A stretch of 51,824 nucleotides of DNA from contig WBXD01000001.1 of the NCBI GenBank assembly GCA_008932935.1, positions 1 to 51,824 of the forward strand. The letters run 5' to 3'. Position 1 is the stretch's first letter; each line of letters begins with the position of its first letter. The notes under the pieces were generated by a model. That model was not told the origin of the DNA and did not search any database. It saw only the letters and a program-made list of their open reading frames with translations. A program made the translations under genes and the position numbers. Origin of the DNA: Verrucomicrobiota bacterium. Its GTDB lineage: Bacteria > Verrucomicrobiota > Verrucomicrobiia > Verrucomicrobiales > Akkermansiaceae. Shown one piece after another: positions 18,552 to 27,409 of the stretch.

Positions 18552-21014
18552 ATGAAAACAACCTATAGTATAACTCTCTCCGCCGTCGTCTTGACGCTCG
18601 GTGTTCTCCCGGCTTTCGCCGATACGGTGGAAGTCGTGGAGCGTCCCGATATGCAAGGCGCCAACCCGTATTATCCCGGCAACAAGGCTCCACTGTTGCC
18701 CAGTCCTTATATCCGCCTGCCGCTGTGCGCCGTCAAGCCGCAGGGCTGGCTCCTCAAACAACTGCAACTCCAAGCCAACGGGTTTCACGGCCACCTAGGC
18801 GAAATTAGCTCCTTCCTCAATAAGAAAAACAATGCTTGGCTCGACCCCGCCGGCAAAGGTGACAATTTCTGGGAAGAAGTGCCGTATTGGCTGCGCGGAT
18901 ATGCGGCGGCGGCGTTTCTGCTCGATGATCCCAAACTGGTGGCCGAGGCCAAGGCCTGGCTCGAGCCGTCGATCATCGGCCAGCGTGCCAACGGGTACTT
19001 CGGCACCGAGTCGCTGTCCGGTCTCAACGGCCAGGAACCGGACTTGATGCCGCATTTGAACATGATGTATGCCTACCGGTTCTACTATGATTATAGTGGT
19101 GACAAGCGAGTGCTCGACCTGCTGACAAAATTCTGTCACTACGAGCTGACGCTTGATGACAGCAAGTTCTTCCGCGGTGGCTGGGGTGTGTCGCGCAACA
19201 GTGACAACATGGACATGGTATACTGGCTGTATAACCGCACCGGCGATCCCAAGCTGCTGGAACTCGGCGAAAAGCTCATGCGCACCGGCCAAAAGTGGAT
19301 GGATCGGATCGGCGGTGGTCACAACGTGCAGACCAGCCAGGGCTTCCGCAAGCCGGCTATTTTCTATCAGCAAAACAAGGATCCCAAGTACCTCGAAATC
19401 GCCGATTCCAATTGGACGGCGCTCTACGACCAGTACGGGCAGGTTCCCGGCGGCATGTTCGGTGGCGATGAGTTCGCCCGGCCAGGCTATGGCGACCCGA
19501 AGCAGTCGATCGAAACCTGCGGGGCGGTGGAGATGATGTTTTCCGAGCAAATCCTCTTCCGCATCACCGGCGACCTGAAATGGATGGACCGCTGCGAAAA
19601 TATCGCCTTCAACACGTTCCCGGCCACCATGACCGCCGACGCCAAGGCGCTACGCTATCTAACCAGCCCCAACCAGTCTAACTCCGATGCCCGCAGCAAG
19701 GCCCCCTCGCTGTGTAATGACGGCGAGATGCAGGTGATGGATCCGCACAACCACCGTTGCTGCCAGCACAACGTCGGCGTCGGCTGGCCGCATTTTACTG
19801 AAAGCCTGTTTGAGGCGACCCCCGACCGCGGCCTGGCCGCCGTGATGTATGCGCCCTGCACACTCAGCGCGCAGGTCGGCGACGGCACCAAGGTGACCAT
19901 CGGGGAGCTGACCAAATACCCGTTTGAGGAGAGCATTCAGTTCAACATCAAGCTGGCCAAGAGCGTCGCCTTCCCGCTCTATCTGCGCATTCCTGCGTGG
20001 TGTGACGCCCCGGCCATCAAGATCAACGGCAGCGCCATCGCGCTGGCGGCCAAGGGTGGGCAACTGGTTTGTGTCAAGCGCACGTGGAAGGACGGTGACA
20101 AGCTCGCCCTTAATCTACCCATGGTTATCAAGCTCAGCCGCTGGGCCAAGAACCATGACAGCATGTCGGTTAACCGTGGGCCACTGACGTATTCTATCAA
20201 AATTGGTGAGAACTACGTGCGTCATGGCAACATGGATCCACAGGCACCATGGCCGGCCTGGGAGATTAAGCCGAGCTCGCCATGGAATTACGGGCTGGTG
20301 GTGGACGCCATACAACCCGCCAAATCCATCACGCTGGTGAAAAAGGCCTGGCCCGCAGACGACCAGCCGTTTGCGTTAGAGTCCGCGCCGCTTGAGTTGA
20401 AGGCCAGCGCCAGGCGGATTCCCAGCTGGGGTGAAAACTACTGGGGCACTGTGGACCGTCTTCAGGCTTCTCCAGTCAAAGTTGATACCAAGACTGAGAC
20501 GGTGACGATGCTGCCGATGGGCGCGTGCCGCCTGCGCATGACTGCGCTGCCCGTCATTGGTGAGGGCCCGGACGCCAAGCCGTGGTCGAAGTATCAGGAG
20601 CCGGTGTCGTCGTGGTCCGAGGATGTTGGGATTTTGAAAACCATCACGGATGCGTCCGATCCGAAGAATTCGCACGGCGATGACAAATGTTTTTTGATGT
20701 ATGGCTCAAGCCTGAGTGGCTCTAAACAGTGGATCATCATGCCCTTCGACAAAGCCCGCACCCTGTCAAAAAGCCGCACTTACTGGATGGATGAGCAGTA
20801 TCCCACCGGCGGCGTGCGCGTGCCTCAAGCCATCGCGCTGTTCTACAAGGACGGCGACGCTTGGAAGCCCGTGCCCAACCCCAAGGGCCTGGCTTGCGAG
20901 ATGGATAAATACAACGACGCAACGTTCACTCCGGTCACCACCACCGCGATCAAGATGGAAATCCAGTTCCAACCCGGCCGTTGCGGCGGCCTGTTCCGCT
21001 GGCGCTTGGAATGA
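18552..21014 (+). CDS. GH127-like (HypBA1-type) beta-L-arabinofuranosidase with a C-terminal F5/8-like domain
   Basis: VKPQGWL; WEEVPYWLRG; GHNV; IETCGAVEMM; RCENIAFN; RCCQHN (Cys/Zn catalytic motifs); TKYPF; YLRIPAW; RGPLTYS. Start ATG 18552, or 18519 coupled to the upstream stop. GH127 versus GH146 cannot be resolved by eye. Confidence 0.85.
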   Translation: MKTTYSITLSAVVLTLGVLPAFADTVEVVERPDMQGANPYYPGNKAPLLPSPYIRLPLCAVKPQGWLLKQLQLQANGFHGHLGEISSFLNKKNNAWLDPAGKGDNFWEEVPYWLRGYAAAAFLLDDPKLVAEAKAWLEPSIIGQRANGYFGTESLSGLNGQEPDLMPHLNMMYAYRFYYDYSGDKRVLDLLTKFCHYELTLDDSKFFRGGWGVSRNSDNMDMVYWLYNRTGDPKLLELGEKLMRTGQKWMDRIGGGHNVQTSQGFRKPAIFYQQNKDPKYLEIADSNWTALYDQYGQVPGGMFGGDEFARPGYGDPKQSIETCGAVEMMFSEQILFRITGDLKWMDRCENIAFNTFPATMTADAKALRYLTSPNQSNSDARSKAPSLCNDGEMQVMDPHNHRCCQHNVGVGWPHFTESLFEATPDRGLAAVMYAPCTLSAQVGDGTKVTIGELTKYPFEESIQFNIKLAKSVAFPLYLRIPAWCDAPAIKINGSAIALAAKGGQLVCVKRTWKDGDKLALNLPMVIKLSRWAKNHDSMSVNRGPLTYSIKIGENYVRHGNMDPQAPWPAWEIKPSSPWNYGLVVDAIQPAKSITLVKKAWPADDQPFALESAPLELKASARRIPSWGENYWGTVDRLQASPVKVDTKTETVTMLPMGACRLRMTALPVIGEGPDAKPWSKYQEPVSSWSEDVGILKTITDASDPKNSHGDDKCFLMYGSSLSGSKQWIIMPFDKARTLSKSRTYWMDEQYPTGGVRVPQAIALFYKDGDAWKPVPNPKGLACEMDKYNDATFTPVTTTAIKMEIQFQPGRCGGLFRWRLE

Positions 21015-21019
21015 TCCCG

Positions 21020-21476
21020 GTGAGGCCCGCGCCACAGCTGGCCGGCGGCACGCTTGCCGATATCAACAACGCCACGCTCACCATCAACAGCAGCGGTCTG
21101 CTGGGGGCTGGGGCTGGCAACGTGGCCTCAGGCGCATCAAGGTTGATGGGCAGTAGCGTGGTACCTTGAACGGTGGCGACAACAAGATTGGCTATAACAA
21201 TGCCGGCGCCATGGGCTACGAGGAAATTTCCGGGACCGCGACGCTCTCAGCCGTCAACTTGTATGCAGCGCAAGTCGGTAAAGATGCCATCGTGAACATC
21301 CGCGCCAACTCCAGCGTGACAATGAGCGGAACCTTGTCGGTGATGGATGCCTTCGCGGTTGCCAATTCGCAAGGAATACTGACAGTTGCCGACAGCGCCG
21401 CCGTGAGCGCCGCCACCATGAAGGTGGGGAACACTGCTGGGGCCAGCGCAACCCAAACCGGACAGTTTACGATGTG
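21020..21476 (+). pseudogene. Frameshifted remnant of an autotransporter or adhesin-like beta-helix passenger
   Basis: QLAGGTLADINNATLTINSSG... in one frame, then LNGGDNKIGYNNAGA...ILTVADSAAVSAATMKVGN...GQFT in another. There is no proper start, and it is cut at the 23-bp repeat at 21477. Confidence 0.55.
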
Positions 21477-21499
21477 CATGGTGACAGATAAATAGTAGA
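21477..21499 (+). repeat. Left 23-bp inverted repeat
   Basis: catggtgacagataaatagtaga; perfect inverted copies at 22789-22811 and 22943-22965. Confidence 0.95.
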
Positions 21500-21542
21500 G
21501 AATCGTTCTGGATTGTGCGGTTTTTGGTGGTATCGTGCTAAT

Positions 21543-22640
21543 ATGCGCAGGTTACGATGGCTGGCGGGGTGGAAGGACTCGGGCACGAAGCCGGTGATTT
21601 ACCATTGTATTAGCCGAGTGGTGGATCGGCGGTTTGTGTTTGAGGAGAGCGAATGCGAGGCGTTCAGGATGTTTTTTCGGATGTATGAGAATTTCTCAGG
21701 CTGCCGGGTCCTGGCGTATTGCGTAATGTCCAATCATTTTCACTTGCTGCTGGAGGTTCCACCGATGGCGGATGGCGGGCTGAGTGACGAGGAATTACTG
21801 CAACGTCTTGGCGGGCTATATTCCGAAGTGGTGGTGGCGGGAGTGGCAGCGGAATTGGTGGAGGCGAGGAAGAGTTCTATCGGCGCGGATGATGGAGCGG
21901 GTAAGGAGCGGGTGGCGGCGATTCACGCTCGGTTCACCTACCGGATGCATGATTTGAGTGAGTTCATGAAAGGTTTGTTGATCCGGTTCACGCGGTGGTT
22001 CAACCGGGTGCATTCGCGGTCAGGAACACTGTGGGAAGAACGGTTTAAAAGCGTGATCGTGGAAAGCGGGGTGGCGGCGCGGACAATGGCGGCCTACATC
22101 GACCTCAATCCGGTGCGGGCGGGGATGGTCAAAGATCCGGCGGATTATCGCTGGAGCAGTTATGGGGAAGCAGTGGGAGGTGGGAGCAAAGGGAACGGAA
22201 AAAAGGCCCGCGAGGGGTTGGTGCGGGCGTATTTGTGCGATCAGAGAGTGGGCTGTGAGGCGGATAAATGGCTGGAGGTCTCACGCCTATACAGACGTTT
22301 GATGGGGCTGGCTTTGGGGCGCAAATCGGGACTGGCCGGGGTGACTGGAGGAGGCGATTATGCGGCCCAAACAACGCTGAATACGGCCGAAATGTTAGAA
22401 AGCATAACTAGCGGCACGGCCTTGAAGGACCATGGATTCGCGAAGATGTTGCATTGCCGGGTGAGATATTTCACCGATGGAGCGGTGATTGGCAGCAAGG
22501 AGTTTGTGAACGAGGCGTTTGCACGGGCACGGGAGCGCTTCAGCACTAAGCGCAAAGATGGAGCGCGGGCGATGCGGGGAAACGGCAGCAGTGCAAAGGA
22601 ACTGTTGTGGAGTGCCAGGGATTTGCGCGTGGGAGTTTGA
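21543..22640 (+). CDS. REP-associated tyrosine transposase (RAYT, Y1_Tnp/HUH family), long form with a C-terminal extension
   Basis: IYHCISRVVDRRFVF; LAYCVMSNHFHLL (HUH motif); DLSEFMK; RSGTLWEERFKS; YIDLNPVRAGMVKDPADYRWSSY (catalytic Tyr); RVRYFTDGAVIGS. The coding strand is G/T-rich, unlike its neighbours. Confidence 0.92.
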   Translation: MRRLRWLAGWKDSGTKPVIYHCISRVVDRRFVFEESECEAFRMFFRMYENFSGCRVLAYCVMSNHFHLLLEVPPMADGGLSDEELLQRLGGLYSEVVVAGVAAELVEARKSSIGADDGAGKERVAAIHARFTYRMHDLSEFMKGLLIRFTRWFNRVHSRSGTLWEERFKSVIVESGVAARTMAAYIDLNPVRAGMVKDPADYRWSSYGEAVGGGSKGNGKKAREGLVRAYLCDQRVGCEADKWLEVSRLYRRLMGLALGRKSGLAGVTGGGDYAAQTTLNTAEMLESITSGTALKDHGFAKMLHCRVRYFTDGAVIGSKEFVNEAFARARERFSTKRKDGARAMRGNGSSAKELLWSARDLRVGV

Positions 22641-22657
22641 ATTCCACTCCCACCTAC
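22629..22657 (-). repeat. REP-like element (GTAG plus hairpin) overlapping the RAYT stop codon
   Basis: The minus strand reads GTAG-GTGGGAGT-ggaattcaa-ACTCCCAC: a GTAG tetranucleotide directly 5' of an 8-bp stem. Confidence 0.7.
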
Positions 22658-22661
22658 CGCC

Positions 22662-22969
22662 TGAACTCACGCCCCAAACCCGAACCGCAGGCACGGGGGG
22701 GATGATGGCGACAAGAACCTTCGTCTGCCTGACGCATCAATCGGTGTGCCTCGCCTAGGAAATCGCTCATCGCCTGCTGCCGGGCTTTTCTACTATTTAT
22801 CTGTCACCATGTTAATGAACTCACGCCCCAAACCCGAACCGCAGGCACGGGGGGTATGATGGCGACAAGAACCTTCGTCTGCCTGACGCATCAATCGGTG
22901 TGCCTCGCCTAGGAAATCGCTCATCGCCTGCCGCCGGGCTTTTCTACTATTTATCTGTCACCATGTTAA
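22662..22969 (+). repeat. Tandem direct repeat, 2 x 154 bp
   Basis: Unit 1 is 22662-22815 and unit 2 is 22816-22969. They differ at two positions (gggggggat/ggggggtat and cctgctgcc/cctgccgcc). Each unit ends with the 23-bp repeat followed by TTAA. Confidence 0.95.
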
Positions 22970-23150
22970 GGAGCTAGCACGGAGGGCCTACTTGTGGCCA
23001 GCATTGCCTGCGTAGGCGACGAATATGACTGGATACCGCCCAAGGACAAGAAAGCCAAGGTTCTCTCGCTCGTTCCGGCCCAGATCGGCCTGATCCGCGC
23101 TTGGATTGAGCAAGGTGCCCGCAGTAAGTCCCCGCATGCCTCCCGCCTGA
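22970..23150 (+). pseudogene. Remnant of a planctomycete-type cytochrome c (PSCyt1-like) domain
   Basis: ...IPPKDKKAKVLSLVPAQIGLIRAWIEQGA matches the 'MPP....L...QI.LIR.WI.QGA' domain ending. The N-terminal CxxCH half is absent and the fragment begins right after the repeat. Confidence 0.55.
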
Positions 23151-23416
23151 CGTCAACGCCCCTCACGCTAATGCAAGCCCGGCCAGTCGCTTCGACCGCC
23201 CACTGATGGAGCCTTGCGGCTAGGTATGGACGATGGGCGAAAAAACCGACATGGAACCAGAAAATTAAGATTTAGAGAATTTTTTTGATAAAAGGGCGGG
23301 TTTCTGGTGTATTGGACTGCAGCGCGATCCGCCATCTTCCTATTCAATGCCAGCAGCGAGGCTGCACGAATGTCATTGCAGGGCAGGGGGGGGCCGCCGC
23401 GAATTCCACAAAAATC

Positions 23417-26400
23417 ATGAGATCAACCTGTCTTCGAATTGCCACTCTGCTCCTTGCAGCCGCCTCCAGTCTGGCCGCCGTCGAGAAAAAACATGTCGTA
23501 TTGATTGCCGGTCGGCCCAGCCACGGGCCCGGCGAGCATGAGCACAATGCGGGGGTGTTGCTGCTGGCAAAATGCTTGCAGGAGAACGCGGCGCAACTGG
23601 TGGATGTGAAGGTGCATTTGAATGCCGAGTGGCCTGCAGCGGAAGAATTGCGCCAAGCGGACACGATTCTCATCTATTCTGACGGGGCGGGCGGTCACCC
23701 GGCCTTGCAGGACGATCATCTGCAACAGCTAACCAAGCAGATGGAGCGGGGTTGCGGGTTTGTGTGCCTGCACTTTGCAGTGGAAGTGCCGGTGAAACCG
23801 GGCGGTGCGGAGTTTAAAAATTGGCTCGGTGGATATTTTGAAACGTTTTGGTCGGTCAACCCAGTGTTCGATGCCAGCTTCAAAGACCTTCCCAAGCATC
23901 CGATTTGCAAAGGGGTCAAGCCCTTTGCCACCCACGATGAGTGGTATTTTCACATGCGCTTCCAGGACGCAATGCGGGGCGTAACCCCGATCCTAAGTAC
24001 CACGCCAGCACCCCAAACCGTCAGCGACAACGACGGCGACCGCTGCGGCAACCCGGCCGTGCGCCTCGACCTCAAAAACCACGTGCCACAGACCACCGCC
24101 TGGGCCACCGAGCGCGCCGACGGCGGCCGCGGGTTTGGTTTCACCGGGGGGCATTACCACCAGGGTTGGTCCAACGACCAGCAACGCAAGCTCGTGCTCA
24201 ATGCCATCGTCTGGAGTGCCAAGGGTCAAGTACCGGCTGACGGCATCAATTCCAAACTCAGCGCAGAGGACATATTGAAAAATTTGGATGACAAGGGACA
24301 GGGCGCTGCGAAAAAGCCCGCCGCGCCCGCCGCGCCTGCGGCAGCGCAAGTGCCACCCGGTGTCGGCTATGGCGTAGCGGATGCCATCAAGAACATGGCC
24401 ACGTTCCAGACGCCAGCGGGGCTGGAGGCCACGCTGTTTGCAGCGGAGCCGATGATCCAGAACCCGACCAACATTGATATCGATCATCGCGGCCGGGTGT
24501 GGGCGACCGAGTGCGTGAATTACCGCGGACGAAAGCTGCGCGATGAGGGCGACCGCGTGGTCATCCTCGAGTCCACCCATGCCGACGGCGTCGCCGACCG
24601 TGAAAAAACGTTTTTTCAAAGTAAAGAGCTCATTAATCCGCTGGGCATCTGCGTACTCCCCCAGGCCAAAGGCACCAAGGTGATCGTCAGCGCGGCGCCC
24701 AACGTCTGGCTGCTCACCGACAATACTGGCAACGATGTAGCCGACGAGTCGGTGGTCATCTTCAAGGTTGGCGGGTCGCCGGATCACGATCATCAGATCC
24801 ACGCCTTCTCGCTCGGGCCAGATGGTAAGTTTTATTTCAACGCGGGCAATGCGCTCAGCGAGTTGATGTGGCCTGACGGCTCGATCGTCAAGGACATCGA
24901 TGGCAATGAGGTCACCGGCCGTGGCAAACCTTATCGCCAAGGAATGGTGTTTCGCTGCGATATCGACCTGAAAACCGGCAAAGCAAGCCACGTCGAGGTG
25001 TTAGGGCACAACTTCCGCAATAACTACAAGGTGGCAGTGGACTCGTTTGGGACCCTCTGGCAGAGCGATAACGACGATGATGGCAACCAAGCCGTGCGCA
25101 TCAATTACGTGATGGAATACGGCAATTACGGCTACTCCGACGAGATGACCGGTGCGGGCTGGTCGAGCGCTCGGACCAACCTGGAGAAGGAGATTCCACG
25201 GCGTCACTGGCATCTGAACGATCCTGGCGTGGTGCCCAATCTGCTCCACACTGGCGCCGGCGGCCCCACCGGCATAGTCGTCAATGAAGGCAAGCTGCTC
25301 GGCGAGGCGTTCACCAACCAAATCATCCACTGCGATCCCGGTCCGCGCACCGTGCGCGCCTATCCGGTGACCAAAGATGGTGCGGGCTATGAAGCCACCA
25401 TGGTCAACATTCTAACGGGAACCGACAGTTGGTATCGCGCCAGTGACGCGGCCATCGGCTGCGACGGTTCACTTTTTGTAGCTGACTGGTATGATCCAGG
25501 CGTCGGCGGCCATGGCACGGGTGATAACGTAAAAGGCCACATCCGCGGCCGCGTCTACCGGGTGGCGCCAACCGGGTCGCAGCTCAGCACGCTCAAGGTC
25601 GACGTGAGTACCCCAGCCGGTGCCATCGTCGCACTGGAATCACCTAACCGGGTGGTGCGCGGCATGGCCTGGCAGGCGCTCCACGCCCAAGGCGAGGCGG
25701 CTATCGGTGCGCTCGGCAAGCTCTGGCGCAATCCGTTGCCGCGATTGAGGGCCCGCGCACTTGGCGTGCTGGCACAGACACCTGGCCACGCAATAAGCGC
25801 TCTCACTGCAGGTTTCAAGGACCCTGATGCCGACGTGCGAATCTGGGCCCTGCGCCTCACTGCCACTCTCGCACGCAGCGAGGTCTTCGATGCCGCCCCT
25901 CTGCGTGAGCCCATCGCCAAACTGCTTCACGACCCGAGCCCGGCAGTGCGCCGTCAGATCGCCATTTACCTGCGCGGCCAAAAGGATATCGGGAAATTTT
26001 GGACCGCGCTTGCCCTGCAGCACGACGGCAAGGACCGCTGGTATCTGGAGGCTTTAGGCATCGGCTCGGCGGGCAATGAGGACGCTTGTTTCGAGGCCTG
26101 GATTGCCGCCGTCGGCAAGCAGTGGAATACTCCTGGGGGACGCGATATCGTGTGGCGGCTGCGCTCTAGCAAGACTGCTGCCTATCTGGTAAAAATCCTC
26201 GCAGATGCGTCCGTCCTCAGTAGTGACAAGCCGCGGTTTTTGCGTGCCTTCGACTTTTTGCCAGCCTCGGCGGAAAAACAAGCTGCACTGATTGAATTAG
26301 CCCGCAATGGCAGCAGTGTCGAGATTGCCAGAGAGGCGCTGGTTCGCTTGAAGGGCAGCTCAAGCCCTGAACTGGCCAGTATGGTACAAGCGGCTCTAAC

Positions 26401-27337
26401 AAAAGCCGTGGGCACCCCACAGTTTGTGCTACTGGTCCGCGATTTCGGCGCTACCGGCCAAGCCGCTGCGTTGCTTGAGACGGCTGTGGCCATCGCCAAT
26501 GATCCTGCGGCCAACGATGCCATCCAGTTGCTCTATCAAGACGCCGGGGCTGACGCACTTCTCGATACCGCGCTCACCGGCAAGCAGGCCGCCGGCGTCA
26601 TAGCGGTACTCGGCAGCAGTGGCACCCCCCGCGGGTTGGCACGCCTTGGCACGCTCCTGTCTAGCAAGCAAGCCGCGCTGGAGTTGCGCCAGCAAGCGGT
26701 GCGGGCCCTCTCCCGCAGTCAGACGGGAGCTACCACGCTGGTGCAGTTGGCTAAAGACGGGCATCTGCCTGCCGAACTGGCACCAGCGGCTGCCAGCGCG
26801 CTGCGTATGGTGCAATATCCTACGCTCACGGGTGACATCAACACGCTCTTTCCCGCCCCAGCGGCGCTCGGTGGCAAGGCGCTTGCTACCATCCCCGAGC
26901 TCGCCAAAATGTCAGGCGATGTGGTGAAAGGCCACGCTGTATTCGAGCGGCCGGAAAGTTCGTGCATCACCTGCCATCGCATTGGCAAACTCGGGGTCGA
27001 CGTCGCCCCTGCGTTAGACCTAATTGGCGCGAAGCTCACCAAAGAGCAACTCTACGACGCCATCCTCAATCCTAACGCCAGCCTCAGCATGGGCTTTGAA
27101 ACCACCCAACTCGCCCTCAAGGACGGCAGCACCGGCTTTGGCATCATCCGCAGCGAAACTGCCCAAGAGTTAGTTCTGGCTTTGCCTGGCGGCAGCACCC
27201 AGAAATTCGCCCAGGGCAACATCACTAAGCGCGAAAAGCTCACCACCTCGCTCATGCCTAGCGGTCTCAGCCAGATCCTCAGCCAGGACGAATTGGTCAA
27301 TCTCGTCGAGTACCTCGCCTCGCTCAAAGGCAAGTGA
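23417..27337 (+). CDS. PVC-type membrane-associated dehydrogenase: ThuA-like domain, beta-propeller, HEAT repeats and C-terminal CxxCH cytochrome c
   Basis: Signal peptide; ThuA (LIAGRPSHGPGEHEH, DEWYF, FTGGHYH); FAAEPMIQNPTNIDIDHRGRVW; GHNFRN; DNDDDG; VADWYDPGVGGH; RGRVYR; HEAT-like repeats; CITCH; ILNPNA; SLMPSGL. Confidence 0.9.
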   Translation: MRSTCLRIATLLLAAASSLAAVEKKHVVLIAGRPSHGPGEHEHNAGVLLLAKCLQENAAQLVDVKVHLNAEWPAAEELRQADTILIYSDGAGGHPALQDDHLQQLTKQMERGCGFVCLHFAVEVPVKPGGAEFKNWLGGYFETFWSVNPVFDASFKDLPKHPICKGVKPFATHDEWYFHMRFQDAMRGVTPILSTTPAPQTVSDNDGDRCGNPAVRLDLKNHVPQTTAWATERADGGRGFGFTGGHYHQGWSNDQQRKLVLNAIVWSAKGQVPADGINSKLSAEDILKNLDDKGQGAAKKPAAPAAPAAAQVPPGVGYGVADAIKNMATFQTPAGLEATLFAAEPMIQNPTNIDIDHRGRVWATECVNYRGRKLRDEGDRVVILESTHADGVADREKTFFQSKELINPLGICVLPQAKGTKVIVSAAPNVWLLTDNTGNDVADESVVIFKVGGSPDHDHQIHAFSLGPDGKFYFNAGNALSELMWPDGSIVKDIDGNEVTGRGKPYRQGMVFRCDIDLKTGKASHVEVLGHNFRNNYKVAVDSFGTLWQSDNDDDGNQAVRINYVMEYGNYGYSDEMTGAGWSSARTNLEKEIPRRHWHLNDPGVVPNLLHTGAGGPTGIVVNEGKLLGEAFTNQIIHCDPGPRTVRAYPVTKDGAGYEATMVNILTGTDSWYRASDAAIGCDGSLFVADWYDPGVGGHGTGDNVKGHIRGRVYRVAPTGSQLSTLKVDVSTPAGAIVALESPNRVVRGMAWQALHAQGEAAIGALGKLWRNPLPRLRARALGVLAQTPGHAISALTAGFKDPDADVRIWALRLTATLARSEVFDAAPLREPIAKLLHDPSPAVRRQIAIYLRGQKDIGKFWTALALQHDGKDRWYLEALGIGSAGNEDACFEAWIAAVGKQWNTPGGRDIVWRLRSSKTAAYLVKILADASVLSSDKPRFLRAFDFLPASAEKQAALIELARNGSSVEIAREALVRLKGSSSPELASMVQAALTKAVGTPQFVLLVRDFGATGQAAALLETAVAIANDPAANDAIQLLYQDAGADALLDTALTGKQAAGVIAVLGSSGTPRGLARLGTLLSSKQAALELRQQAVRALSRSQTGATTLVQLAKDGHLPAELAPAAASALRMVQYPTLTGDINTLFPAPAALGGKALATIPELAKMSGDVVKGHAVFERPESSCITCHRIGKLGVDVAPALDLIGAKLTKEQLYDAILNPNASLSMGFETTQLALKDGSTGFGIIRSETAQELVLALPGGSTQKFAQGNITKREKLTTSLMPSGLSQILSQDELVNLVEYLASLKGK

Positions 27338-27409
27338 TTGCTCGCAGGCATGCCTCACCTTAATTTTTTTACTAACCCCGATCCAAACCACCCTATTCCA
27401 TTTCATCCC

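Larger units (their letters stand above)
21477..22969 (+). mobile_element. RAYT element bounded by 23-bp inverted repeats, with a duplicated right end
   Basis: The left CATGGTGACAGATAAATAGTAGA (21477-21499) is the exact reverse complement of 22789-22811 and 22943-22965. The element encloses the RAYT gene and has gene remnants on both sides. Confidence 0.7.

Noticed and set aside
22662-22969. CRISPR array
   Set aside because: Only two units, the sequence between the 23-bp motifs is near-identical rather than unique spacers, and there are no cas genes.
21543-22969. IS200/IS605 element with TnpB or IscB and a guide RNA
   Set aside because: No RuvC-containing ORF follows, and the transposase motifs are RAYT-type (NPVRAG, WSSY).
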